DNA of 64,000 nt from Rhodoblastus sp. (GTDB lineage: Bacteria; Pseudomonadota; Alphaproteobacteria; Rhizobiales; Beijerinckiaceae): contig JBKDZW010000089.1 of NCBI GenBank assembly GCA_047971685.1, forward strand, positions 4,488-68,487, read 5' to 3'. Each line of letters opens with the position of its first letter. Position 1 is the first letter of the stretch. The notes below the pieces were generated by a model. That model did not search any database. It saw nothing but the letters and a program-made list of their open reading frames with translations, and was not told where the DNA came from. Both the position numbers and the translations under genes were made by a program. This document shows, piece by piece, positions 35,777-44,673 of this stretch.

Positions 35777-36814
35777 ATGGTTGAACGAAACGATGCACGA
35801 CGAATGAAGGCCGGAACCACGAAAGACTTCAGAGCGGCATGCGCCGCCGTCCTCGCTATCATATCCTCAGGCGCCTGGGCGCAGGATCGCCTGCCTTCAT
35901 GGAACGACGGCGCGCCCAAAAAGGCGATCCTGTCTTTCGTCGCCGCCATCACGAAAAGCGGGACAGCCGATTACGTCGCGCCCGCCGACCGTATCGCGGT
36001 GTTCGACAATGACGGAACCCTATGGTCGGAACAGCCCTATTACAATCAGCTCGCCTTCGCGCTCGACAGGGTCAAGGCGCTCGCCCCCGCGCATCCAGAA
36101 TGGAAGACCAGGGAGCCCTTCGCCTCAATCCTGCGCAACGATTTGAAGACGCTTCTGTCAGGCGACGAGAAGGAAATCACCGGCAAATTGCTACAAGTCG
36201 TCAATGCGACCCATACCGGCATGACGGAAACCGCATTCAGACAAATCGTCAACGACTGGATCGAGAAGGCGCGTCATCCGGAGACGGGAAGGCTCTATAC
36301 GAAGATGGTCTATCAGCCGATGATGGAACTACTCGCCTATCTGCGCAAGAACGAGTTCAAAATTTATATCGTCTCGGGCGGCGGGGTGGATTTCATGCGC
36401 GCATGGACGGAAAGAATCTATGGCGTCCCGCCCCAGCAGGTTATCGGCTCCAGAACCAAGCTGAAGTTCGAGATGCGCGATGGAGACCCGACGATTGTCC
36501 GGCTGCCGGAGATCGATTTCATCGATGACAAGGCAGGCAAGCCTGTCGGCATCATGCAGCGCGTCGGGCGCCGGCCGATCGCGGCGTTCGGCAATTCCGA
36601 CGGCGATCTGGAAATGATGCAGTGGACCTGTCTGGGCCGGATACAGCCGACGCTGTGCATGTATGTCCATCATACCGATGAAGTGCGCGAATGGGCTTAC
36701 GACCGGCGCTCGGCGGTTGGAAAGCTCGACCAAGGGCTCGACCAGGCTGCGGCGAACGGCTGGCCGGTGATTGACATGAAAACCCAGTGGAACCAGATTT
36801 TCCCGCCGCAATGA
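35777..36814 (+). CDS. Secreted HAD-superfamily hydrolase (HAD-IB-like)
   Basis: Signal peptide (…AIISSGAWAQD). HAD motif I VFDNDGTLW. Motif IV-like FGNSDGDLEM. Located 30 nt downstream of the cytochrome gene. Confidence 0.8.
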   Translation: MVERNDARRMKAGTTKDFRAACAAVLAIISSGAWAQDRLPSWNDGAPKKAILSFVAAITKSGTADYVAPADRIAVFDNDGTLWSEQPYYNQLAFALDRVKALAPAHPEWKTREPFASILRNDLKTLLSGDEKEITGKLLQVVNATHTGMTETAFRQIVNDWIEKARHPETGRLYTKMVYQPMMELLAYLRKNEFKIYIVSGGGVDFMRAWTERIYGVPPQQVIGSRTKLKFEMRDGDPTIVRLPEIDFIDDKAGKPVGIMQRVGRRPIAAFGNSDGDLEMMQWTCLGRIQPTLCMYVHHTDEVREWAYDRRSAVGKLDQGLDQAAANGWPVIDMKTQWNQIFPPQ

Positions 36815-36899
36815 CCCTCTGGGCCGTGTCGCTTGTGTCGATTTCGGCGCCAGACGGATACTCCGCAACCGTCCCTGGCGCGTTGCCGAAAACAGAGAG

Positions 36900-37039
36900 T
36901 TAGAGGGAAGAACTCCACGGCGGGACGAACCGCCGATTCCAGAATGTCGCGCATTTCGGCCTCGGCGCCGCCGCCATGTTGGGTCGCGCCTTGAGGGCGC
37001 GCAGCACGCCGCTCTCGGCGCCTGGCGGATCGACAAATT
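36900..37039 (-). pseudogene. Frameshifted remnant of a ribbon-helix-helix (FitA/VapB/Arc-type) antitoxin gene
   Basis: Minus-strand translation across three frames gives NLSIRQ… / …VLRALKAR… / …QHGGGAEAEMRDILESAVRPA…. Together these recapitulate the common antitoxin pattern NLSIR-L-…-RALK-RAA-HGRS-EAE-R-IL…. At least two frameshifts are needed, and no toxin gene follows. Confidence 0.4.
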
Positions 37040-37051
37040 GCGCGATCGAAA

Positions 37052-37061
37052 TTATCTATAA
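37052..37061. promoter_or_regulatory. BioR box (TTATCTATAA) directly upstream of the GntR gene
   Basis: Exact match to the alphaproteobacterial BioR signal TTATMKATAA. It ends 3 nt before the ATG at 37065. Confidence 0.7.
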
Positions 37062-37064
37062 AAC

Positions 37065-37733
37065 ATGGTCGCAAAATCCGAAGAGACACTCGCCGCCCGC
37101 ATCAGCCGCACGCTTGCCGACCGCATCATCGCCGGCGAGATCGAGCCCGGCTCCCGGTTGCGGCAGGATCATATCGCCGAGGAATTCGGCGCGAGCCACG
37201 TTCCCGTCCGCGAAGCCTTCCGCCGGCTCGAGGCGCAGGGGCTTGCCGTAAGCGAACCGCGCCGGGGCGTGCGTGTCGCCGCCTTCGACTTGTCGGAGGT
37301 CAGGGAAGTGGCCGAAATGCGCGCCGCGCTCGAAGTGCTGGCGCTGCGCCACGCCGTCCCGCATCTGACCGCCGCGATCCTCGATGCAGCCGAAGACGCC
37401 ACCAAGGCCGGCGACAATTCCCGCGACGTCCGCTCCTGGGAAGAGGCGAACCGCCGTTTTCACCGGCTGATTATCGCGCCGTGCAGGATGCCCCGCCTGC
37501 TCGCCGCGATCGACGATCTGCATGCCGCAAGCGCCCGCTTCCTCTTTTCGGCCTGGCGGTCGGACTGGGAGATCCGAACCGACCACGATCATCGCGCCAT
37601 ACTGGCCGGCTTGCGGAAAGGCGACGTGGAGACGGTCTGCTCGACCCTTGCGCGCCATGTGCAATGGATCGGACATCGCCCGGTTCCGGCGGCGGGCGGG
37701 CGGAAGCGGGATGCTTTCGTGATAGTCGGATAA
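37065..37733 (+). CDS. bioR: GntR/FadR-family transcriptional regulator, predicted biotin regulator BioR
   Basis: wHTH …RLRQDHIAEEFGASHVPVREAFRRLEAQGL… plus an FCD-type C-terminal domain. It is flanked by BioR boxes and followed by bioY-bioB. Confidence 0.75.
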   Translation: MVAKSEETLAARISRTLADRIIAGEIEPGSRLRQDHIAEEFGASHVPVREAFRRLEAQGLAVSEPRRGVRVAAFDLSEVREVAEMRAALEVLALRHAVPHLTAAILDAAEDATKAGDNSRDVRSWEEANRRFHRLIIAPCRMPRLLAAIDDLHAASARFLFSAWRSDWEIRTDHDHRAILAGLRKGDVETVCSTLARHVQWIGHRPVPAAGGRKRDAFVIVG

Positions 37734-37735
37734 AA

Positions 37736-37748
37736 TTATCTATTATAA
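37736..37748. promoter_or_regulatory. Degenerate BioR-like box (TTATCTATTATAA)
   Basis: 9/10 match to TTATMKATAA, directly after the bioR stop. Confidence 0.4.
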
Positions 37749-37798
37749 GGGTTGCGAGTCAGTCTCGAATATGGATTCTATATAGATAGTTCCAAATA

Positions 37799-37808
37799 TT
37801 ATCTATAA
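37799..37808. promoter_or_regulatory. BioR box (TTATCTATAA) upstream of bioY
   Basis: Exact TTATMKATAA match 14 nt upstream of the bioY ATG, inside an AT-rich stretch. A partial inverted copy (TATAGATAG) lies at ~37781-37789. Confidence 0.7.
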
Positions 37809-37821
37809 TTCAGGATCCAGC

Positions 37822-38388
37822 ATGACCCAGGCAGCAACCATCGCCAGACCGGAACACCGGACAGCCGCGAGGACGATCGCAACCATCATTCTCGGCGCAG
37901 CCCTTATCACCCTGTGCGCAAAACTGAGGACGCCTTCCTGGCCGGTTCCGATGACCTTGCACACACTGGCGGTCATGGCCATCGCCGTCACGGTCGGCCC
38001 CCGGCTCGCCACCGCGACGTTTTTTGCCTATCTCGCCGCAGGCGCCGCTGGCCTGCCGGTGTTTTCGGGAACGCCCGAGCGCGGAATCGGCCTTGCCTAC
38101 ATGGCGGGCCCGACCGGCGGCTACCTGCTCGGCTTTCTGGCTGCAAGCTGGGTGACGGGTTCGCTCGCCCAAAACCGCGGCCCGGTCGGCAAGGCCCTGG
38201 CGATGATCGCCGGCCTCGGCGTGATCTATGCCGTCGGGCTGCCGTGGCTCGGCCTCTACGTCCCCGCAGGCCAGATCATTCCGCTCGGTTTCATGCCCTT
38301 CATCCTCGGCGATCTCATCAATATCGCGCTGGTGGCCTTTGGCGCCGCCCTGATCCCGGCCCGCCTTCTCCGGAAAGCCGGCCAATGA
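37822..38388 (+). CDS. bioY: Biotin transporter BioY
   Basis: BioY pattern …[11 protein letters not shown]…GLPVFSG…[16 protein letters not shown]…. 188 aa. Confidence 0.92.
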   Translation: MTQAATIARPEHRTAARTIATIILGAALITLCAKLRTPSWPVPMTLHTLAVMAIAVTVGPRLATATFFAYLAAGAAGLPVFSGTPERGIGLAYMAGPTGGYLLGFLAASWVTGSLAQNRGPVGKALAMIAGLGVIYAVGLPWLGLYVPAGQIIPLGFMPFILGDLINIALVAFGAALIPARLLRKAGQ

Positions 38389-39398
38389 GCGCGACGGCGC
38401 ATTTCTCCGGCCTGCCCGCGCAGCAGGCCGGAACGCCCCGCCCCGAATTGCGTCACGACTGGACCGAGGCCGAAGCGCGGTCGCTCTATGACCTGCCTTT
38501 CCCCGAGCTGCTGTTTCGCGCTCAGGAGGTTCATCGCCGATATTTCGATCCCGCCGAGATCGAGACGGCGACGCTGCTGTCGATCAAGACCGGCGGCTGC
38601 CCCGAGGATTGCGGTTATTGCTCGCAAAGCGCCCAATGGGAGACCGGCGTGCAGGCAAGCAAGCTCATGCAGGTCGAGCGCGTGCTGGCCGAGGCGCGGC
38701 GCGCCAAGGCGGGCGGCGCCTCGCGGTTCTGCATGGGCGCGGCATGGCGCAGCCCGAAGGACCGCGACATGGACGCCGTCTGCGCCATGATCGAGGGGGT
38801 CAAGGCGATGGGGCTGGAAACCTGCGTAACCCTCGGGATGCTGACGCCGGCGCAGGTCGACCGGCTCGCGGACGCCGGTCTCGACTATTACAACCACAAC
38901 ATCGACACCTCGCGGGCCTTCTATCCCGAGATCGTCACGACCCGGACGATGGACGACCGCCTGGACACGCTTGCCCATGTCAGGGCGGGCGGCGTCAAGG
39001 TCTGCTGCGGCGGCATCGTCGGCATGGGCGAAACCGTCGACGATCGCATCTCGATGCTGGTCACGCTGGCCACGCTGGAGCGCCATCCCGAGAGCGTTCC
39101 GCTCAACATGTGGCAGAAGATCGAAGGGACGCCGGTGCTGGACAAGGCGGAACCCGCAGGCCCGCTCGCCTTCGTCCGGCTGACGGCGCTCGCCCGGATC
39201 CTGATGCCGCAAAGCGTGGTGCGGCTTTCGGCGGGACGCAACGCCATGAGCGACGAAGCCCAGGCTCTTTGCTTCCTGGCCGGCGCCAATTCCATGTTCA
39301 CCGGCGATGTCTTGCTGACCACCGGCAACCCCGGCCGCGACAAGGATGCAACGCTCCTGAAAGAACTCGGGATGCGAACCGCAAAACCGTCGTCGTAG
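38385..39398 (+). CDS. bioB: Biotin synthase
   Basis: The start ATG at 38385 overlaps the bioY stop (ATGA). Radical-SAM motif [13 protein letters not shown]. Also …YNHNIDTS… and …[10 protein letters not shown]…. Confidence 0.95.
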   Translation: MSATAHFSGLPAQQAGTPRPELRHDWTEAEARSLYDLPFPELLFRAQEVHRRYFDPAEIETATLLSIKTGGCPEDCGYCSQSAQWETGVQASKLMQVERVLAEARRAKAGGASRFCMGAAWRSPKDRDMDAVCAMIEGVKAMGLETCVTLGMLTPAQVDRLADAGLDYYNHNIDTSRAFYPEIVTTRTMDDRLDTLAHVRAGGVKVCCGGIVGMGETVDDRISMLVTLATLERHPESVPLNMWQKIEGTPVLDKAEPAGPLAFVRLTALARILMPQSVVRLSAGRNAMSDEAQALCFLAGANSMFTGDVLLTTGNPGRDKDATLLKELGMRTAKPSS

Positions 39399-39491
39399 GC
39401 CAATGCTCACGACCCGACGGCGGGGCGGGCGTTTGACCGAAGCGGGCGGCGTATCGAAACGTTGCGCGGGCCCGCCGGTCCCGCCGCCCGA

Positions 39492-40322
39492 TTACCCGGC
39501 TATGGGCGCAGCCAGCAGCGGCAGGCCGGCTTCGCGCAGAACGCGCTCCGTCGTCGAGCCGCGCAGGGCGTCGAACAGGCCATGACGGCCCGCAGTCGGC
39601 ATGGCGACGATGCGCGCGCCGCATTCGCGTGCGGCCGCAACGATGGTCTCCACGACATCGCCCTGGCGCAACACGACAGGAAGTTCGAATGACGCGCCGG
39701 TTTCGTCGGTCAGCCGCGGCGCCTGGGCGCCGACATGCAGGAACGTCAGGCGCGCGCGCGGCGCGATCACGCGGAATGTCGCCTCGATCCGGCGCAGCGC
39801 AAATGTCGAATTGAATTCGTCGCCGACAGGAACGAGCGCCGAATCAATGTCCATGCGGCCGCTCGCCATGTCGACGAAGCCGGGCGCATCGCCGGGCAGG
39901 AACAATGTCTGGGCGCGGGACTTGCGGGCGACATCCTCGGCCATGCTTGCGCCGAGCCAGCCGCGCAGCCCGTGGCGATCGTGCGTCCAGAGAACGAGCA
40001 GGTCGCACTCGTGCTTGACCGCAAAATCGACGATCGCCGTGCGGGCGTCGGCGGCGCGAAAACTGACTTTGGCGACATGCAGCCCCAGCTCGGTTTCGAT
40101 GGCGGAAGGCGGCTTTTTCGGATCGAGCAGCCCCCATCTGCCGAGCATTTCGCGCACATGCGGAAATTGCGCCCAATGGGCGCCTTCGTCCGGCCCGCCG
40201 ACATGCAGAAGGTATAGTTTCGCCCTGGCGTCGAGTGCGATGCGCAGGGCGTGCGCGAAAGCCGGCGCGCTCTGGGGGCCGAAATCGGTCGCATGCAAAA
40301 CTCGTTTCAAAATTGGTTTCAT
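39492..40322 (-). CDS. Tandem-domain universal stress protein (UspA family)
   Basis: Start at MKPILKRVLHATDF…. Two Usp-like halves, each ending in a …G-x-H/R-G…-G-S-(T/M) type motif (WTHDRHGLRGWLGASMAEDV; MPTAGRHGLFDALRGSTTERV). Confidence 0.83.
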   Translation of the reverse strand: MKPILKRVLHATDFGPQSAPAFAHALRIALDARAKLYLLHVGGPDEGAHWAQFPHVREMLGRWGLLDPKKPPSAIETELGLHVAKVSFRAADARTAIVDFAVKHECDLLVLWTHDRHGLRGWLGASMAEDVARKSRAQTLFLPGDAPGFVDMASGRMDIDSALVPVGDEFNSTFALRRIEATFRVIAPRARLTFLHVGAQAPRLTDETGASFELPVVLRQGDVVETIVAAARECGARIVAMPTAGRHGLFDALRGSTTERVLREAGLPLLAAPIAG

Positions 40323-40485
40323 GTCGGTCTCGCGATTGATAAGCCCGAACGCCCCGTTTACTGCGGCGCGCAGGTTCTCGTCCATGTTCGATAGCAAGTC
40401 CGCCACAGGCGTCAACCGCGCCTCGCGTTGACGCGATTGCTGCAAGTTTCTACTTTCCGCAGCCTCGAAATCGCCAGGAAACATT

Positions 40486-42231
40486 ATGCCCGCCGCCCCC
40501 GCCATTGCGCCCCAGACCCTCCTCGAAGCCGCCCGCGTCTCACAGGCATGGCCGTTCGAGGAGGCGCGCAAACTGGTCGCGCGGCTGGAAAAGAAGCCGA
40601 AGGACGAGGTTTTGTTCGAGACGGGCTATGGCCCCTCGGGCCTTCCGCATATCGGCACGTTCGGCGAAGTGGCGCGCACGACCATGGTGCGCCGGGCCTT
40701 CGAGGTTCTGACCGGGGGCCGGGTGAAGACGCGCCTCCTCGCCTTTTCCGACGATATGGACGGCCTGCGCAAAGTGCCCGACAACGTGCCCAACAAGGAC
40801 ATGCTGGCGCAGGATCTGCACAAGCCGCTGACGCAGGTGCGCGACCCCTTCGGCACGCACGAGAGTTTTGGCGCGCACAACAATGCGCGGCTGCGCGCCT
40901 TTCTCGACGCCTTCGGCTTTGAATACGAATTCGCGTCATCGACGGAATATTACAAAAGTGGTCGGTTCGACGCCGCGCTGCTGCACATGCTGGCGCGCTA
41001 CGACGCGGTCATGAAGATCATGCTGCCTACATTCCGGCAGGAGCGCGCGGGCACCTATTCGCCCTTCCTGCCGATCCATCCCGTGACGGGGCATGTCATG
41101 CAGACGCCGCTCGAAGGGCATGACGCCGCCAAAGGCACGATTTCGTGGAAGGATCCTGCGACCGGCGACCTCTACGAGACGCCCGTGACGGGCGGCCATT
41201 GCAAGCTGCAATGGAAGCCGGACTGGGCGATGCGCTGGTATGCGCTCAATGTCGATTACGAAATGGCCGGCAAGGATCTGATCGATTCCGTGAAGCTGTC
41301 GGGCGCCATCGTGCGTGCGCTCGGCGGAACGCCGCCCGAAGGCTTCAACTACGAGCTCGTCCTCGACGAGAAGGGCCAGAAGATATCCAAATCAAAGGGC
41401 AATGGCCTGACCATCGAGGAATGGCTGACTTACGCCAGTCCCGAAAGCCTCGCGCAATTCATGTTCCAGAAGCCTGGCGCCGCCAAGCGTCTCTACTTCG
41501 ACGTCATCCCGCGCACGGTCGACGAATATCTGGGTTTTCTGGACCGCTATCCGAACCAGGCGTGGAAGGAACGGCTCGGCAATCCCGTCTGGCACATCCA
41601 CAATGGCGAACCGCCGCCAGCCGAGGTTCTGCGCCATCAAGGCAAGGACGATGCGCATGGAACGAGCGTTTCCTTCGGCATGCTGCTGAACCTTGCGGCC
41701 GTGGCCAACAGCGAGGACGCTTCCGTGCTCTGGGGATTCCTGCGCCGCTATGCGCCGGGCGCCTTGCCGGAGAACCATCCAAAGCTCGACAGGCTCGTCG
41801 GCTACGCGGTCGCCTATTTCCGCGACTTCGTGCGGCTGGAAAAAAAGTACCGTCTGCCCGACGATGTCGAGCGCGACGCTTTGACGCAAATCGAAGCGAT
41901 GCTGGGCGATGCGAAAACGGCCGCATATCCGCCCGATGGCGATCTTGCGGCAAACATCCAGACCAGGCTCTACGACATCGCGCGAAAAATACCGCGTTAT
42001 CAGGACTTCAAGGCCAAGACCGCGACGCCCGAACGGCCCGGCGTATCCAACGATTTTTTCAACATGCTCTATCAGGTGCTGCTCGGCGAAGACCGCGGCC
42101 CGCGTTTCGGCTCCTTCGTCGCGCTCTACGGCGTACCGGAAACGAGGAAGCTGATCGCCGACGCGCTCGCCGGAAACCTCAAGGCGCGCCATGACGCCTT
42201 TCTGAAGGAGCGCGCGGGCAAGCCCGCGTAA
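40486..42231 (+). CDS. lysK: Lysine--tRNA ligase, class I
   Basis: Class I motifs: HIGH-like [12 protein letters not shown] and KMSKS-like KISKSKGNG. The N-terminal [10 protein letters not shown] pattern is typical of class I LysRS. 581 aa. Confidence 0.93.
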   Translation: MPAAPAIAPQTLLEAARVSQAWPFEEARKLVARLEKKPKDEVLFETGYGPSGLPHIGTFGEVARTTMVRRAFEVLTGGRVKTRLLAFSDDMDGLRKVPDNVPNKDMLAQDLHKPLTQVRDPFGTHESFGAHNNARLRAFLDAFGFEYEFASSTEYYKSGRFDAALLHMLARYDAVMKIMLPTFRQERAGTYSPFLPIHPVTGHVMQTPLEGHDAAKGTISWKDPATGDLYETPVTGGHCKLQWKPDWAMRWYALNVDYEMAGKDLIDSVKLSGAIVRALGGTPPEGFNYELVLDEKGQKISKSKGNGLTIEEWLTYASPESLAQFMFQKPGAAKRLYFDVIPRTVDEYLGFLDRYPNQAWKERLGNPVWHIHNGEPPPAEVLRHQGKDDAHGTSVSFGMLLNLAAVANSEDASVLWGFLRRYAPGALPENHPKLDRLVGYAVAYFRDFVRLEKKYRLPDDVERDALTQIEAMLGDAKTAAYPPDGDLAANIQTRLYDIARKIPRYQDFKAKTATPERPGVSNDFFNMLYQVLLGEDRGPRFGSFVALYGVPETRKLIADALAGNLKARHDAFLKERAGKPA

Positions 42232-42287
42232 ACGGGCGCAACCGGCGCCGATTGACTTGCCTGCGCGGTTGATCTGAATTTCGCCAC

Positions 42288-43934
42288 ATGCGTTACGATC
42301 TGATCGCAGGGCTTTCGGTCGCCGGTCTTCTGCTGCCGGAATCCGTCGCCTACGCCTCCATTGCGGGATTGTCGCCGCAGCATGGCGTCGTCGCTGCGAT
42401 CATCGGCCTCATCGCCTATGCGGCGATCGGGCGTTCGCGCTACGCCATGGTTACGCCGACCTCGTCGTCGGCCGCCATTATCGCGGCTGCAATAGCAACA
42501 TTCGCCCAGCGCGCGCCGGCTATCGACCGCGAGGCGATCGCCGCCGGCGCCGTATGCCTTGCCGGCCTGTTCTTTCTCGTCGCCGGCGTGTTGCAACTGG
42601 GGCGCCTGTCCAGCTTCATCTCGCGGCCGGTGCTGCGCGGCTTTGCCTTCGGCCTTTCGGTGACGATCGTGGCGCGACAATTTGCGACCATGCTCGCGCT
42701 CGAAGGCGTCTCGGGCAATCCGTTTCACGTCGCCGCCGAACTCGCGCGCAACTGGCGCTCATGGAACATGGCGAGCCTTGCAATCGGCCTTGCAGCGCTT
42801 GCCGGATTGATCGCATTGCGGCGTTACCGCGCGCTGCCAGGCCCCTTCATCGTGCTGGTTGCGGGCATTGCGCTCTCTCATGCGCTCGACCTTTCCGCGT
42901 ATGGCGTGCGACTTGCCGGCGTCATCGAACTCTTTCCGGTTCAGGCCGGCGTTCCCAACCTTTCCTGGCGCGAATGGACGCAGCTTGCGGAGGTCGCAGC
43001 GCCTCTCTTTCTCATCATATTCGCGGAATCCTGGGGCTCCATGCGCAGCCTTGCCCTGCGCCACGGCGACGACATCGGCTCCAACCGCGAACTGCTGGCG
43101 CTGGGCGTGGCGAACCTGCTTGCGGGCCTTGCCCGCGGCATGCCCGTAGGCGCGGGCTTTTCGGCAAGCGTTGCGGCGGAGGCCGCCGGCGCGCGCACGC
43201 GCCTGAGCGGGCCTGTCGCGGGCTTGGCGGTGCTGGCGCTGGTCGTTGCGGCCGCGCCCCTGATCGCCCGCCTGCCGCAGCCGGTGCTGGCGGCAATCGT
43301 CGTGGCGGCGCTGCTCGACGCGCTCAATCCCGCGCCGCTCCTGCATCTGTGGCGGATCAACCGCGATCAATATGTCGCGTTGATCGCGGCGCTCGGCGTC
43401 ATGCTGTCCGGCGTGGTGGACGGCATTCTGCTGGCGGTCGCGCTGTCCATCGTCGCCATATTGCAGCGTATGGCGAACCCGAGGATCGTCGAACTCGGCC
43501 GCCTCAAGGATGGGCACGATTTCATCGAGGCAAGCCAGCCCGACGCCTGCGTCGATCCGCGGATCGTGGTGCTGCGGCCGACGGAGCCGCTGTTCTTCGC
43601 CAATGCGGAATTCGTCTTCACGGAGCTTGCTGCGCGCCTGAAGGCCGATGGCGCCGCGCGCGCGGTCATTCTCAGCCTTGAAGAAACCTCGGACATCGAT
43701 TCGACCGCGCTCGAAGGATTGATCGAATGCGACAGGCAGATCGCCGCATCCGGCCGTCGTCTCTATCTCGCGCGCGTAAAACAATCCGTGGCCGATGTTC
43801 TGATGGCCGCAGACGCGCAGGATCTCGCGCAACGCGCGGCGCTGCATTTCAGCGTCGCGGACGCTTGGGCGACTGCCGACGCTTGGATTGCGGAAGAAGC
43901 CGCGCACGATCGGAAAACCGGACGTGAAGAATAA
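42288..43934 (+). CDS. SulP-family anion transporter with C-terminal STAS domain
   Basis: …DLIAGLSVAGLLLPESVAYASIAGL…. Polytopic core. The C-terminal STAS-like region is …VVLRPTEPLFFANAEFV…DSTALEGL…. Confidence 0.9.
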   Translation: MRYDLIAGLSVAGLLLPESVAYASIAGLSPQHGVVAAIIGLIAYAAIGRSRYAMVTPTSSSAAIIAAAIATFAQRAPAIDREAIAAGAVCLAGLFFLVAGVLQLGRLSSFISRPVLRGFAFGLSVTIVARQFATMLALEGVSGNPFHVAAELARNWRSWNMASLAIGLAALAGLIALRRYRALPGPFIVLVAGIALSHALDLSAYGVRLAGVIELFPVQAGVPNLSWREWTQLAEVAAPLFLIIFAESWGSMRSLALRHGDDIGSNRELLALGVANLLAGLARGMPVGAGFSASVAAEAAGARTRLSGPVAGLAVLALVVAAAPLIARLPQPVLAAIVVAALLDALNPAPLLHLWRINRDQYVALIAALGVMLSGVVDGILLAVALSIVAILQRMANPRIVELGRLKDGHDFIEASQPDACVDPRIVVLRPTEPLFFANAEFVFTELAARLKADGAARAVILSLEETSDIDSTALEGLIECDRQIAASGRRLYLARVKQSVADVLMAADAQDLAQRAALHFSVADAWATADAWIAEEAAHDRKTGREE

Positions 43935-43996
43935 TCGACGCCAGCAGCCTCAACGTCAGCAGCGCTTAACGCCAAAAAGCTCACCGCCAAAAATGC

Positions 43997-44641
43997 TCAC
44001 CGCCAAGCGAAAACCGGCTGTTCGAGATTGGCGACGCGCGTCACCCTGCCGGCCACGAGTTCGCGGAACTGGTAGAGGAAGGCGGCTGTCGGCGCATGTA
44101 TCGTGCTGTCCCAGATTCGCAGGCGAATGACGGGACGGTCGCTTTCGGGAATCGACAGGAATTCCACGCGGGAATCATCGGATAATTGCGTCATCGGAAT
44201 ACGATGCACGGATTGCACTTCGTCGGGGTTGGGCGAAAATTCCTTGATGCGCCCGCCCCAGACGACGACCGGCGTCACGACATAGCCGGAGCGCGTGGGA
44301 TAATCGTCGAGCACTGCGAGCGTGTCGGAAGGCGCGATCCGCAAGCCGACTTCCTCGTCGAGTTCGCGCAGGGCGGCCTCGACGATCGTTTCGCCCTTGT
44401 CGCAGCGCCCGCCCGGCAGCGCCCATTGCGCGGCGTGCTTGCGCAGCCTGGCGGAACGGCGCGTCAACAGCAGGCTGGGATCGTTCTTGTTGACGCCATC
44501 GACCACCACCAGCGCGACCGCGGCGTGTTTGAGCCCCTGCGCCTCGGCAGGCGGGGGCAGGCGCGTGAAGGCGGCGCACAGCTCCGTCAGCCGGGCGCGG
44601 CCGGCCTCGTCAATGGAAAAGCTCATGTCCTTTGGTCGCAT
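43997..44641 (-). CDS. NUDIX hydrolase (CoA-pyrophosphatase-like)
   Basis: Nudix box GGRCDKGETIVEAALRELDEEVGL. The preceding …LLLTRRSARLRKHAAQWALPGG… is typical of the CoA pyrophosphatase subgroup. Confidence 0.83.
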   Translation of the reverse strand: MRPKDMSFSIDEAGRARLTELCAAFTRLPPPAEAQGLKHAAVALVVVDGVNKNDPSLLLTRRSARLRKHAAQWALPGGRCDKGETIVEAALRELDEEVGLRIAPSDTLAVLDDYPTRSGYVVTPVVVWGGRIKEFSPNPDEVQSVHRIPMTQLSDDSRVEFLSIPESDRPVIRLRIWDSTIHAPTAAFLYQFRELVAGRVTRVANLEQPVFAWR

Positions 44642-44673
44642 AACGCGCCGCCGCCGACAAATGCGCGACGCGC

